DNA of 64,000 nt from Iphione sp. A-MEVVRFRX5 (GCA_976226885.1 OZ320315.1:115940001-116004000), one strand, 5' to 3'. Shown: positions 33,002 through 44,415, numbered from the stretch's first letter. Numbers and translations: made by a program. The notes: generated by a model from the sequence alone, not told the origin.

Positions 33002-35706
33002 TTAGACATAATCATTAGATGCTAGACTTTCAGTGGAGTCAGCATAATGTGAGTTAAACAACTTGACAATATTATTCTGTTTCCTTGGGGGAGGAGCATC
33101 AGAGACTGATGCTGGCTCTTTAATAACCTCACTCATATCCAACTTTGCAAGTAGCTCATTATAGGCAGGGGGAGAGGAAGCAATTGATTCAGCCCTTTTG
33201 ATCTGTTTACCAGAGGAGGTGGAGAGGTGGAAAGACGGATGAGATGGAGGACAAACAGCCACTGGGGGCAAAGCAGGATATAAACCATTTTGTAAGGGTT
33301 GGGCCCATCCCTGTTCCCCTAAAATAATAGCCTGGTATGGGAGATCTTTAATTGTCTTACAGAGGTGGTGAATATGTTGGCCTTTCCACAAAGGGACTTT
33401 TATAACTGAGGGTAAGATTACTTTTTGTGTTGAGGTAGTATCAGATCTATACAATGGGTTCTAGTAGGCTAGGTGGACTGAATAGGATAGACAGTGCTTC
33501 TCAACAGACAGGTCTGTTACCTTTGGTACAAGGAAGGTAGTTGATGGGAGGGCATTTGTCCTGAACTCATGGAGTAAGAGAGTGGTATGGTCATGAGAAG
33601 ACCCCATCTTAAGGATTCTGAAACCTGAGGGTGATGGCAGAGGGCCAGACTTTGTTGACTTTTTAGTACAAATTCTTACAACTGTTTGGACAAACTTACA
33701 AAGGACCCATATACAGAAAAGGACGCTCGCCATTATTTGGACAGTGTCTGTATGATTGAAATTAATTTCAATATTGGGTGATGTTGTAGTGGTGGGTTTG
33801 ATTGTTGGTCCAAAAAGAACTGGTGTAGCCTCAGACATTTGGGCTAGACTCATATAGAGCACCAATCTATTCATTTTCAGGGATAAGTAAATTACCAGTA
33901 CTAGGAGAATAATAGTAACTGCTGAGTGAATGGAGTTCCAGATCCATATCACAGGGCTGGCAACCTCCTGTGCTCACATTGTGGGCCAATGTGCCATTTC
34001 CTTAGTTCGCCTAATGGATTCTTGATGGGATTTTTCTATGTCTGCTGCTACCTGTAGAAGGTCCACCCCTGTATCTTTAGGGAGTGCTTGTGACATGTTG
34101 AATAGGGGAGCCTCATCTAAGGGAATATTGAATAAAAACGAGTCATTAAACTTAGCTGAGGCTATAAAATTTGGGAGAGATAAGTTAAATGCAGTGGCCA
34201 TGGCCAGGTTGATACCGTGAATGGGTAGCTGTGTGTGAGTTTTGTTACAGGATTTAGGTGACTGTATCTTGTATGGGCCCACAGTAAGTGTGCAGTTACA
34301 GGGGGGTTTGTATGTACAGAGAGGACAGTTGAGAGTGTCTTTTGTCTGAACATGTGGTCAACACTGGAGGTGTGCCTGCTGAGATAAGGACTGTGTCATT
34401 AAGCATGTGAACATATGGAGTCATGGTTGATTTAGGGTGAACTGTGAATTGGCATAGTGTGTGTGCAAGGTCATGTCTGTCATAGAAGAGTGCTGTGGAG
34501 CATGCTTCAAGTGGTTTTGTGTTGAGCTGTGGTAGCTCCCAGCAAACACGAATGTCATGGCCATGGCAATGAGTCATGTCTTGGTGGCTAAGCTCTATAA
34601 AAGATGATTGATCAGGGGAGATGGCTAAAAATGCAGGCATGTGTTGTATTTTGGTGTATCCATGTGCAGTTGTGGTGGAGAATGGTGTGTTGAATGTATG
34701 TACACGATATAGATCATGTTGGTCTTGTGCTGTTCCTACTGGGACCCGGACATGTATAAATAGGAAACTAATGGAATACATAAATTGGGCATGTTCATAG
34801 TAAAATGCTGGGTCTGTGATCATTACTTGCTCCCATTCCGTAAGCATCTGGCTGACCCTATGAAGACCTCTGGCTATTTGGTCTGGGCTAACTAATGATC
34901 CTGATAATTGACCTATATGTAAATCATTAATGGCTAACCTAAAATGGAGGAACTGTTCCTTTAGTTTGTGCAGTGCTCCAAGCTTAAGGATTAGAAAAGA
35001 GATATAAGTCTGTGTTTCCAGACTAATATCAATAACATGGGATTAGTTTCTCATTATGTAATCAACTTGTCTGGAGAGATGCTCTGCACGTTGGATGATT
35101 CCTAATATTGCCTTGTCATGGCAACTGACCTGTCGGGTGATTGTTTGTATCGCTATGGAGGTAGTATTTGCCAAGGTTGAAACCTGTGTCTGCAAAGTTA
35201 AGATGGGTCTATTTTATCTGCTAACATATCTATGCGCTGTGATAACGCTTGTACATCATCCATTGTGGTGGTACCAAATAGAGCTTTTGAGGCTGAACCC
35301 ACAAATCCAAACCAAGACCGTGGTCATCTACCTGATGCCTCAGAGGTTGGATGTGCTAAAAGCCTCAGAGGTTGGATGTGCTAAAAGTCTATTGAGGTGG
35401 AGGTTTTCTTCTCCCACTTCATGGAAGAGTCCCTCATAAAGGTGTTGTTTTTCGAATGAAGTCTTCCAGACATCTGCATGCCCCTCTTTCTGAACATGGT
35501 AGTTGACCTCTCAGTGGAGTGATTTTATTAATTGATTGAAATAATTTAGGTCTAGGAATTATGAAGAGGAGTTCCACATTCTTATGGTTAGTGAAGATGG
35601 GTGTAGGTAATTTTTCATACAAAACACCAAAATTTTGCCGCAAGGTGTACGATGAGTGTGTAGCAGGCACCAGGGTTATTACTAGAAGTAGGAAGGCTGT
35701 CCCCAT
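33002..35706 (-). pseudogene. env: Envelope glycoprotein, baculovirus-F/errantivirus class I fusion type, full length but disrupted
   Basis: Signal peptide MGTAFLLLVITLVPATHS; R(stop)PR|SWFGFVGSASKALFGTTTMDD fusion peptide; Cys-rich ectodomain; TM IWIWNSIHSAVTIILLVLVIYL; 25 bp duplication near 35337 and several frameshifts. Confidence 0.85.
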
Positions 35707-36151
35707 GTTGATCTGACATTACTCATAGTGGTCGCTATCTATTTACATACAAGGAGTAACTTCGTGCTTGGGGTAATCAATTTTATTAAATACAAAATGT
35801 AAAAGCTAATAATAGGTAAAATTGAATAAATTGATAAAATACACACCATAATTGGAAAATAATTTACAGTAATCACAGGAGTGGGTGGGTGGGCTTTTCA
35901 ACTGCGCTTGGTCGAGAGAGGCCGACTGACGTGTGTAGCCACTATTTATATCACAGGTTTGTGGCGCCCCCTCTCGCAATGCTTAGTCATGCGATGCCGA
36001 CATCATTACTCATAGTGGTCGCTATCTATTTACATACAAGGAGTAACTTCGTGCTTGGGGTAATCAATTTTATTAAATACAAAATGTAAAAGCTAATAAT
36101 AGGTAAAATTGAATAAATTGATAAAATACACGCCAAGCCCCAAGCACGAGT

Positions 36152-37435
36152 TTAAGTATAAGGAAGTGACTTGACTAGGGTATCAGCGACATGCCTGCTA
36201 TTTGCAGACACTATATATTGCTGGTACGCATGCGATGACCACCCACCATAGTCCTGGACCTGGGTATGTGAGCACCCTTGAAGAACAGCATTAGTCGCTG
36301 CGGAGCGACGCAGGCTATGCAATGTGAATTTACAAGGATCAAGTCCAGCAACAGCAAGAGCAGCCCGGAACTGATGGGTCAGCCACTGAGTGGTGACTAT
36401 CTGACGTGACCTAGGCATTGTAAGGAGGGGTTGAGAGGCAGAAGTAGTAGGGACAGCTAAACACATATCATTAAATGCCTGCACAGGACACAATAGAGGG
36501 TCTAGACCCGATGGTAACATAATCACACGACTATGGTTATAACCTTGCATATTTTTAGACCATTTTTGCAAAATTTTCAGCTGGCCATTAACCACAGACA
36601 CATCACCCCTAGTCGGATGCCTTGTCGGATCGAAGGCTCGAACTACATTTGGTGCCACCTCCGATTGGCGGAGGGCAGCATAGTACATAATGAGAAAAGC
36701 AAATCGTAACACTGCACTACTTTGCATAGACTGCGTTATCTTAATAACATTCCTAAAATCATGCTGTGTTATTGGTGGACGTTGGACGGGCTGATGCGGC
36801 TTGGTCCGTCGAATGGCATCTCACATCAATGTAGTGGTCCTGGCCTCAAACGCTGAGACGTCTGCTCCTGCGTCAAGCAGAAACTGCTTGACTCCACCTA
36901 AGATGTTGAAGATGGTACCAGGAGAGGGGATGTAGTGATGGAGGTATGCAATGAAGGCTGCAGCATCCGTCAGAGATGGAGTCAACGGATTCAAGGTGAA
37001 GTGGTGGCAGAATGCGAGAAACAACCCTGCCGAGCTCCTTTTGTTGGACGTCGTCCCTGGCGCCCTCGCCTCAGCCAGCAAACGGTTGGCCCCTTGGATG
37101 AGCGCGCCCATCTGCGGATCTAAAACAGAGGAGGCAAAGAAACACACATAATCATGCACCAGACCACGGACGAGCCTCACACAGGCCAAGTCTCTTAACA
37201 TGATAAGATGTGACGGCAGCATGAGCGGGACTACTCGTGGCCCTTGACATCGCATCAGGCACCACCATATAGATGCCGGGAACATGACCGAAGCGGATGT
37301 TGACATGGCACGTTGCTTGGTGAAACCAAATGTCCCTCGCGGCAGCCAACAGCTCTGGGTCACGACCGCGGCCTGTCCTGAAGACAGCCACTGCTGCCTC
37401 ATTGTCACAACACAGTTCCACTGTCGACCCTGCAT
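36152..37435 (-). pseudogene. Ngaro tyrosine recombinase with one in-frame TGA
   Basis: LRQSEV, HSLRRSAAT, GGWSSHAYQQY; ORFs 36821..37435 and 36152..36727 share a frame; overlaps the RT ORF. Confidence 0.9.
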
Positions 37436-38852
37436 CTGCCGTAGTCACAAAAGTTTTGATGGCGAGAGCGGCGTTGTGTGCCTCTATCTGTGAAATATGC
37501 ATGGAGCTGAATTCATCAGGAATTTCACACGCATAATACGCACGGCCATCCGTTGCCCCGATGCCCTGGGGGCAAGCGTCAACCTTGACACATCTGTCCA
37601 CCACATCACTAGAGATGAGAGCCACCCCATTCCATGCCACCAGGTACTTGCGGAACCAGTCAAGATCTTGTTTCATACTCACATTGACCCGTAGGAACTG
37701 CCCTTTCATCTGACGTAACGCAGTCAAAATACGGCCCACAAACAGCCTCGCAGGTCGAACACATTTGGCCACATAGAGGAGCCGGCCAAGTAGGCTCTGG
37801 ATCATCTTCTTGGTAACGGCCTTCCTCTCGTACACCTTGTTGACCTCAGCCAATGCTTCATTCACCTTGGATTCTGGAATAGAGAGAGTCATGGCATGAA
37901 CATCAATCTCGACCCCAAGCCACGTGATGCGGGCAGCTGGTGGTTGAGTCTTCTCCAATGCCTCGGGGAGGCCAAGGTTTTTAAACAGATTCCTGGTTAT
38001 CCGAAAGGCCCGCCATGCTTCTTTAGCATTCGGAGCCACCACCACCAAATCATCCAAGTACGTTATTGCTGTGATATTATGTTGGGCCAGGATGTGGACT
38101 ATGGCCTCCGCTACCTTCTGCATATGGCAGGACGACACCCGGGCACCAAATGGCATTGATGTATCCAGGTAGATGCCGTCCTGCCAGCCAAACAGCAGCA
38201 GAGGCCAATCGAGAGGGCAGGACCTGAAGTTCTTATATGCCCTCTCGATGTCGATGGTAAACATACGAGTTTGTGGTCCCATGGCCTTAATGTGATCAGT
38301 AAGGGTGGTAATGGTGGGAAGGGTATGGTGCTGTGTCTCCCCAAGAATGGCATTTTTGCCTATATAGGCGTTGATAGAGAGGTCATGTGGGTAGGATAGG
38401 TCAGTGATGATTCTGCGGGCACTCGGGTCCTTCTTAGGCCTAGTCATTAAGGGTGATACATGCGCCCACTGAACAAACGGTGATGAGGTAAAGGGGCCAT
38501 ACACTGCGCTATGTGTGAGCTCTGCCTGGATGAATGACTCCACATGGGCTGGAAAGGATTGTGCAGATGGATGGTTGGCAATCCCCCTGGTGTCAGACAC
38601 AGGGCCCATGTACCCCATAGGGAAGCCAAACTCCAAAAAGTCGAGTAACCTGGCATATTTAGGGTCATATTGTAACCATCGTTTCCATTCAGGGATGTTA
38701 ATTGCAGATTTGAGTGGAATGCGGGCGCCTTGAGCATTAGGGCACCCAGTCTCTTTAACTCGGTTATAAATGTACGCAATGTCTGACTGCAGTTGGTAAT
38801 TATCAGGTTCAGGCCAGTTTTGCTTCCTATAGTTCACCAATACCTCATTCAA
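37152..38852 (-). CDS. Ngaro reverse transcriptase / RNase H
   Basis: RIITDLS, DIERAY, MPFGA, YLDD, WLG; RNase H VDAC, EAH, CDN, DAMSR. Confidence 0.93.
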   Translation of the reverse strand: MNEVLVNYRKQNWPEPDNYQLQSDIAYIYNRVKETGCPNAQGARIPLKSAINIPEWKRWLQYDPKYARLLDFLEFGFPMGYMGPVSDTRGIANHPSAQSFPAHVESFIQAELTHSAVYGPFTSSPFVQWAHVSPLMTRPKKDPSARRIITDLSYPHDLSINAYIGKNAILGETQHHTLPTITTLTDHIKAMGPQTRMFTIDIERAYKNFRSCPLDWPLLLFGWQDGIYLDTSMPFGARVSSCHMQKVAEAIVHILAQHNITAITYLDDLVVVAPNAKEAWRAFRITRNLFKNLGLPEALEKTQPPAARITWLGVEIDVHAMTLSIPESKVNEALAEVNKVYERKAVTKKMIQSLLGRLLYVAKCVRPARLFVGRILTALRQMKGQFLRVNVSMKQDLDWFRKYLVAWNGVALISSDVVDRCVKVDACPQGIGATDGRAYYACEIPDEFSSMHISQIEAHNAALAIKTFVTTADAGSTVELCCDNEAAVAVFRTGRGRDPELLAAARDIWFHQATCHVNIRFGHVPGIYMVVPDAMSRATSSPAHAAVTSYHVKRLGLCEARPWSGA

Positions 38853-38939
38853 AGAATCGTCAATATATGACTGCCTACCTTGGTCACACTTATGACGAAT
38901 TTCATCAAAGTCAAGGTCAAACTGACATACCTGTGGGGT

Positions 38940-40406
38940 CTACTGATGGTCCTCGACCCCAGCTACTCGTTTTTTGTGGCGTAGGATGGTGGCGTTGGAC
39001 CCCGCTGGTGCTGGTGGTAGTGATTTTGCTGCTGCCATTGAGGGGGCTGCTGCCTGCCTGCCAACCTGTTGTCCGAGATGGCTACCATGCGACTGCATCC
39101 TTGGTGGAGCCAACACCTTAGCCCTCTTGCCACATACACTAAGAGGATGAGAGTTCTTGGAAGCAGTCAATGCAAAGCAATAAGCACAAACATGAATAAA
39201 ACGAACACTGTCACCCATCATGTGGTCTGCCTTGAATTCACATGCTCCTGCACCATATGCCGGGCAGGGAACTTCGGTGATAGCTTGAGGGGCTCCAGGG
39301 GCCATGCTGAGACGCATCCGCTCATATTGTATTGTCTGTTGGTCATGCCATGACATCTCTCCCCGCTCAATGCCATCAAAGATGTAATTTGACCAATGCC
39401 TAACGGACTCCCACGTTCTATGTTGTGCATCCCGTGCAACCTCCTTAACATGTTGTAGGATATAGGGAAATTCATGCTGAGAGGTGGAATTAGCATCAGT
39501 AAGAAGGGCCAAAATTGCGGGCATGAACTCATAGTAGGACATGGTTTCCCTCGCCTGGTTTTTGTCCCTCATAGTTGAACAGCCTTTTCTATCAAGATAC
39601 ATGTGTGGCTTGGCAATAAGCTGGCGTATTCTAATGTCATGATTACCTTTTGCTTGACTTGAGGCGACCCACGGAGCAGCAGAGTCAAGGTAGCTATCAA
39701 TGTACGACTGGACTGCCGGCGTACGTCGCAGTTGGGCTGGTGGTGGGGGCACCGTCTGGGGCAAACCATAGGAGCTTGTAGGCTGAGAAACGTGGTGGTG
39801 GACTGTGGAGGCTTGTTGGTCAACAGAATGTGGTTGGACAGGAACTTGTGGTGTTGGTGATGGAATTGCTGGCGTCTGAATGCTTTGGGTTGCTGTGTGC
39901 ACCTGCTGTGGAGTATTGTGTGTCTGCTGAATAGCCGAAGACAAAGAAAGCACATGCTGTTTAAGTTCAGTGAGCTCACCCAAGACACCCTCAATGCGGT
40001 CCAGCCTTACTTGCACAGAGCCTGCTGAATTTCTACGGCGTCGTGGTTGCTGTTGTGAGTCTTGGTTGACGGAGTTCCCAGGTGCCGGGTCAGTAGGCTG
40101 TGACTGCTCGTTGTCGGCTGCCACGTGTTGCGACGGGACCGGTTCTCCCTGTTGCTGTAGGCCTGCATTGCTACTCTCTACGTCCCCGCTGTCATTGGTG
40201 GTTAACTCAGGGTTGGTATTCCTTGTAGAGCGCATGTTGGCGTTCTGGAAGAATAAATAAAATATAAATGAACGAATAAAAGATAGCCAGCAGTGTCGAC
40301 GTCTGGCTATGAGGTCCACCCTTTTCAACTGCGCTTGGTCAAGAGAGGCCGACTGACGTGTGTAGCCACTATTTATATCACAGGTTTGTGGCGCCCCCTC
40401 TCGCAA
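38940..40406 (-). CDS. Ngaro gag-like ORF1
   Basis: 488 aa ORF inside the repeats; C-terminal Cys/His cluster CPAYGAGAC...HVCAYC...HPLSVC. Confidence 0.8.
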   Translation of the reverse strand: MREGAPQTCDINSGYTRQSASLDQAQLKRVDLIARRRHCWLSFIRSFIFYLFFQNANMRSTRNTNPELTTNDSGDVESSNAGLQQQGEPVPSQHVAADNEQSQPTDPAPGNSVNQDSQQQPRRRRNSAGSVQVRLDRIEGVLGELTELKQHVLSLSSAIQQTHNTPQQVHTATQSIQTPAIPSPTPQVPVQPHSVDQQASTVHHHVSQPTSSYGLPQTVPPPPAQLRRTPAVQSYIDSYLDSAAPWVASSQAKGNHDIRIRQLIAKPHMYLDRKGCSTMRDKNQARETMSYYEFMPAILALLTDANSTSQHEFPYILQHVKEVARDAQHRTWESVRHWSNYIFDGIERGEMSWHDQQTIQYERMRLSMAPGAPQAITEVPCPAYGAGACEFKADHMMGDSVRFIHVCAYCFALTASKNSHPLSVCGKRAKVLAPPRMQSHGSHLGQQVGRQAAAPSMAAAKSLPPAPAGSNATILRHKKRVAGVEDHQ

Positions 40407-40430
40407 TGCTTAGTCATGCGATGCCGACAT

Positions 40431-41466
40431 AATGATATGTAGGTGAGCAATATTTTAGTTTAAATATCATATTATCTGCTAATACATATGTTACAGGGAA
40501 AGTTTATACACCCTCCCAAGCACTGAAAAAGAAGTTCTAACACTGAACTGAAAAAGTGGTGGAAAGTATGATAAACACAGTAGTTTGGAGGATAGAATCT
40601 TTATTATGATGATTGTCTGATATGATCTTTCTCTAGATTGAACAAGCATCCTGAAAGGGCCTCCTCCATGGCCTGTTGTGCAGCATAGTGGTGTTGGAGG
40701 GGCCCTGTGTGGTGATGCTCTGCCGACAGAGCCAATGCACATAGGAAGTCCCAAATGTGTTCATCCCGTTTGAGGAGCTTCTCTGGGATAGAGATTTTAT
40801 GAAGGTATTTTATGAGGAAGATGCGTGTTTTCTTGGCAGTGGGGGCGTGGGCTATATTAAACATGATGGACTTTTGAACATTAGGTAAATTATTGATTAG
40901 AGAATCTGAGAGAAGATAGTAGCGAGTGGTCCAGCACTCCAGGGCCACCCGGGCGTGGGCTATATTAAACATGATGGACTTTTGAACATTAGGTTAGAGA
41001 ATCTGAGAGAAGATAGTAGCGAGTGGTCCAGTGCTCCAGGGCCACCCGCCGCAGTTTTGCTGACTCCAGGACGTGTGCCTGTTCCCACTGCACACGGGGC
41101 TGTGAGGTAGCACCGCCACACTTGTGATCTGCTTTGCGTGGATGGTAACACACATCACAAAGTTTCCGGCAGGATAGCTCTTTTGCAAGGTGTAGGTTGT
41201 ACACCTGCTGGGCTTGAGGAAGGTCGAAGTCCCAGCCAGGGAACTACACATGGGCCACCTGTGCTACCTCCAGCTCATTGTAGAAGGGAGGGTGATTGCG
41301 CAGAGAATCATCAATATGTTGACCTGGTTCATAGGTCGGCACGATTGGATGATCTGCTGGCAAGAGGTCAGGGGAAGTGGTGCGAGGACGTGTTGTGACT
41401 ATGGGTTGGGCTGTCTGAAGTGGGATAAAGTGGGCCAGGATTGAAAATATATTGGTTGAATTCAGG
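40431..41466 (-). pseudogene. Y gene plus env upstream region (continuation of the element split by Ngaro)
   Basis: 40431..40530 aligns with 15085..15185; 40749..41466 aligns with 1..655 and 1494..1567. Confidence 0.75.
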
Positions 41467-41760
41467 AGGACTCCAAAGGCAAAATTCATCAGAAAATAAT
41501 GGAATTTGTAATAGTCATTGAGAAAGTGATATTGCTGCCTTCCCTGACGTCAGATATATAGATTAACGTGATATATAGATTAACTGTTTTAGCAAGCAGA
41601 TGGAGATGGAGTTTTATTTTAACATTCAATTGTGTGGAAAAAGGGGGTAACTTGAACTGGTGGATACAATGAACATGCTGTTACTACTGCTAATGATCCA
41701 TTATAGGAAAAATAACTATTTTATACAAAAAGAAGTGTAGAAAAAAAAATTTCAACTTAC

Positions 41761-41834
41761 CTTGAGTCCATAATGGTGTAGGGGTTGCTGTCTTCTGTGT
41801 TGGTGATCTGTGAGGAGTCTTGGAAAGTGAAAAT
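41761..41834 (-). other. Putative leader micro-exon with start codon
   Basis: CACAG|ATTTTCACTTTCCAAGACTCC...ATGGACTCAAG|GTAAG; paralog at 44354..44415. Confidence 0.45.
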
Positions 41835-42065
41835 CTGTGGTTTTGTTGAGATCCCTGGGATCAATTCTTCTGATTATATGGGGCAGTATATTATTTTGTT
41901 TTTGATTTTTCTCAGTTTCTAGAATCCAGGCAGGTTCTGGAGAGACCTCCTTAGGTGAATGAATCCAAGGGGAATGGACACATTACCTGGTGTGGCGTCA
42001 TATGAGGTACAAATAACAATGCCTTCATGAGGTGACTGTCAGAAATAAAATTTCATTCAATTCAA

Positions 42066-43030
42066 TGTCTGTCATAGAAGATTTCTGTGGAGAATGCTTC
42101 AAGTGGTTTTGTGTTGAGCGGCAGTAGCTCCTGGCAATCAATAATGTCATGGCCCTGGCAGAGAGTCATGTCATGGTGGCTAAGTTCTATAAAAGATGAT
42201 ACATAAATTGGGCAAAGGCATGTTCATAGTAAAATGCTGGGTCTGTGATCATTACTTGCTCCCGTCCTGTAAGCAACTGGCTGACCTTATGAAGGCCTCT
42301 GGCTATTTAGTCTGGGCTAACTAATGATCCATGGAAGAAATGGAAGAATTGTTCCTTTAGTTTGTGCAGTGCTCCAAGCTTAGGATTAGAGAAGAGAGAT
42401 AAGTCTGTTTCCAGACTAATATCAATAACATGGGATTGGTTCCTCATTATGTTATCAACTTGTCTGGAGAGATGCTCTACACATTGGATGATTCCTAGTA
42501 TTGCCTTGTCATGGCGGCTGACCTATCGGGTAATTGTTTGTATCGCTATGGAGGTAGTATTTGCCAAGGTTGAAACCTGTGTCTGCAAAGTTAAGATGGG
42601 TCTATTTTGTCTGCTAACATATCTATGCACAGTACAGAGCTTTTGAGGCTGAACCCACAAATCCAAACCAGGACCGTGGTTGTCTACCTGCTGCCTCAGA
42701 GGTTGGATGTGCTAAAATTTTATTGAGGTGGAGGTTCTTCTCCGACTTCATGGAAGAGTCCCTCATAAAGGTGTTGCATTTTTCAATGTACTGAGGGTTG
42801 GGACTATACCTATTAGGGCATCGATCAGAAGGAAGTGCTTCACGAGCCAGTGCATAAGGGTCTCTGATTCATTTTGTTGTGCCTGTTGCCATTGCACCCG
42901 GGGCTGTTACAGGAGCACCACATCACTCATGTTTGTTGAGGGGGCGGTAGCATACATCGCAGAGGCCATGCCACGACAGCTGATCAGAGAGGTGCTGGTC
43001 ATATTCCTGCTCAGCTTCATCCTCCTTTAA
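42066..43030 (-). pseudogene. env: Internally deleted env copy plus Y fragment
   Basis: 42066..42760 aligns piecewise to 34478..35420 and to 14534..14790; 42850..43020 aligns to 15590..15760. Confidence 0.7.
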
Positions 43031-43129
43031 CTAACGGCCTGGTACCCGTGCACTGGCGACATGATTCACTTCCAGTCTGGCATAAAATGGTGGGGAATTA
43101 CGGAGGTCATCATCCAGGCGGTGGCCTGG

Positions 43130-44415
43130 CTCATATGTCAAGGGGAGGCTGTCCAACACGAGTGTGTGACCTGCGTTTATAGGGGCGAGTTAGTCGTTGG
43201 AGGCAGGGGCTAGTTAGTGGGCATGTGCAGCGGTGCCGCCTGGGAGGAGGTTGGGGTTCCTCATCATCAGAGGAGATCAGAGGGTAACCTAGGGTAGGCA
43301 GGGTGACAGGTTGGCCTGGAGAGGAAGGTGGTGAGAAATTCTGAGGTGCCTGCTCAGACCCTATTTTTTGGTAAGAGGCCCCTCCAACAGGGGAACTTGT
43401 GGACCGGTCCCCCACAGGTGGACAGGGTTGAGGAGTGGGATCACTGCTGATCTCTTTCTATCCAGTGGACTGATCAGGTGATGAGTTTCTTGGCATAGGG
43501 GATTCCGGAACCAGTGAGGGAAGGGTTGACTGCAGCCCCTGATCTGTCTCCCATGCAGCAAAGGCTGTCTTGATGAGCTCTGACTCTGAGAGCTTGTCAA
43601 GTGCTGCTGCAAAGAAATCCAGGGACTGCTCCGGGGATAGAGGAGAAGGGACCGGGGTAGAGCCTGCACCAAAAGAAGGGCTGACCTACATGCTGGGACC
43701 GCCACATGGTGCCTGGGGGCATGGCCATTGAGAAGAAAGTGATGTCTGTGTCTGACAGACACACCACAGGCATCTGGAGGTCAGTTGTGGGTGGCATGGT
43801 GGCATTGACCGCAGGCATGCCGGAGGTGAGTGCTGCAGGCTTCAGCGATCAGCTGTGGATATAACCGGCTCATCCATGACAGCTGCCATCGCTTGCACTA
43901 CTGCCGTCTGCTGGGCGTTGCCCAAAGGCCGGGCGTCCTGTGCTGGAGGCATCATGAATGACATCAGGTAAGCTGCCCATGCAGCCAGGGACATGCAACC
44001 TGGTTGGCTGGCCAAGGCAGGTGAGACCACTGCAGCAAAGTTAGCACTGTGTGTCAAAAGGAAAACAGTGCAAGTAATTGTGACATGCAGAAGAAAAGAG
44101 GAGAACAATTTGTCATGTGTTTGCTGATATCAGGCAGAAGGGCATGATAATACAAAGGTGGAGCGAAATAGAAAAAAAATGAATCCCCTGCCACAGAGAG
44201 ATTATTTCAGAGTATAGAGGAATGAAGGCTAATGATTAAGGGTGATTGGCCCTGGGGAAGGTAGTGGAAGCATTTTTAATATTTTGCAATGACATTTTTG
44301 TATAATATGATGTATATATATATATATATAAGAGAATAAGGGTGAAGACTTACCTGGAATCCATGTGGAGGATGTGGTCCTAGGTGATCCTTTAGGAGTC
44401 TTGGAAAGTGAAAAT
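43130..44415 (-). pseudogene. V-family accessory gene with predicted 307 bp intron
   Basis: Exon 44354..44415 (ATG GAT TCC AG|GTAAG) joins in frame to acceptor CAG at 44047 giving MDSSANFAAVVSP...; later DLQMPVVCLSDTDI and LISSDDEE. Confidence 0.5.

Larger units (their letters stand above)
35717..40430 (-). mobile_element. Ngaro-type tyrosine-recombinase retrotransposon (DIRS order), near intact, 4,714 bp
   Basis: Split direct repeats A1 40321..40430 / A2 35894..36003 (110 bp, 1 mismatch) and B1 36004..36131 / B2 35717..35844 (128 bp) in A1-ORFs-B1-A2-B2 order; no TSD. Confidence 0.95.
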
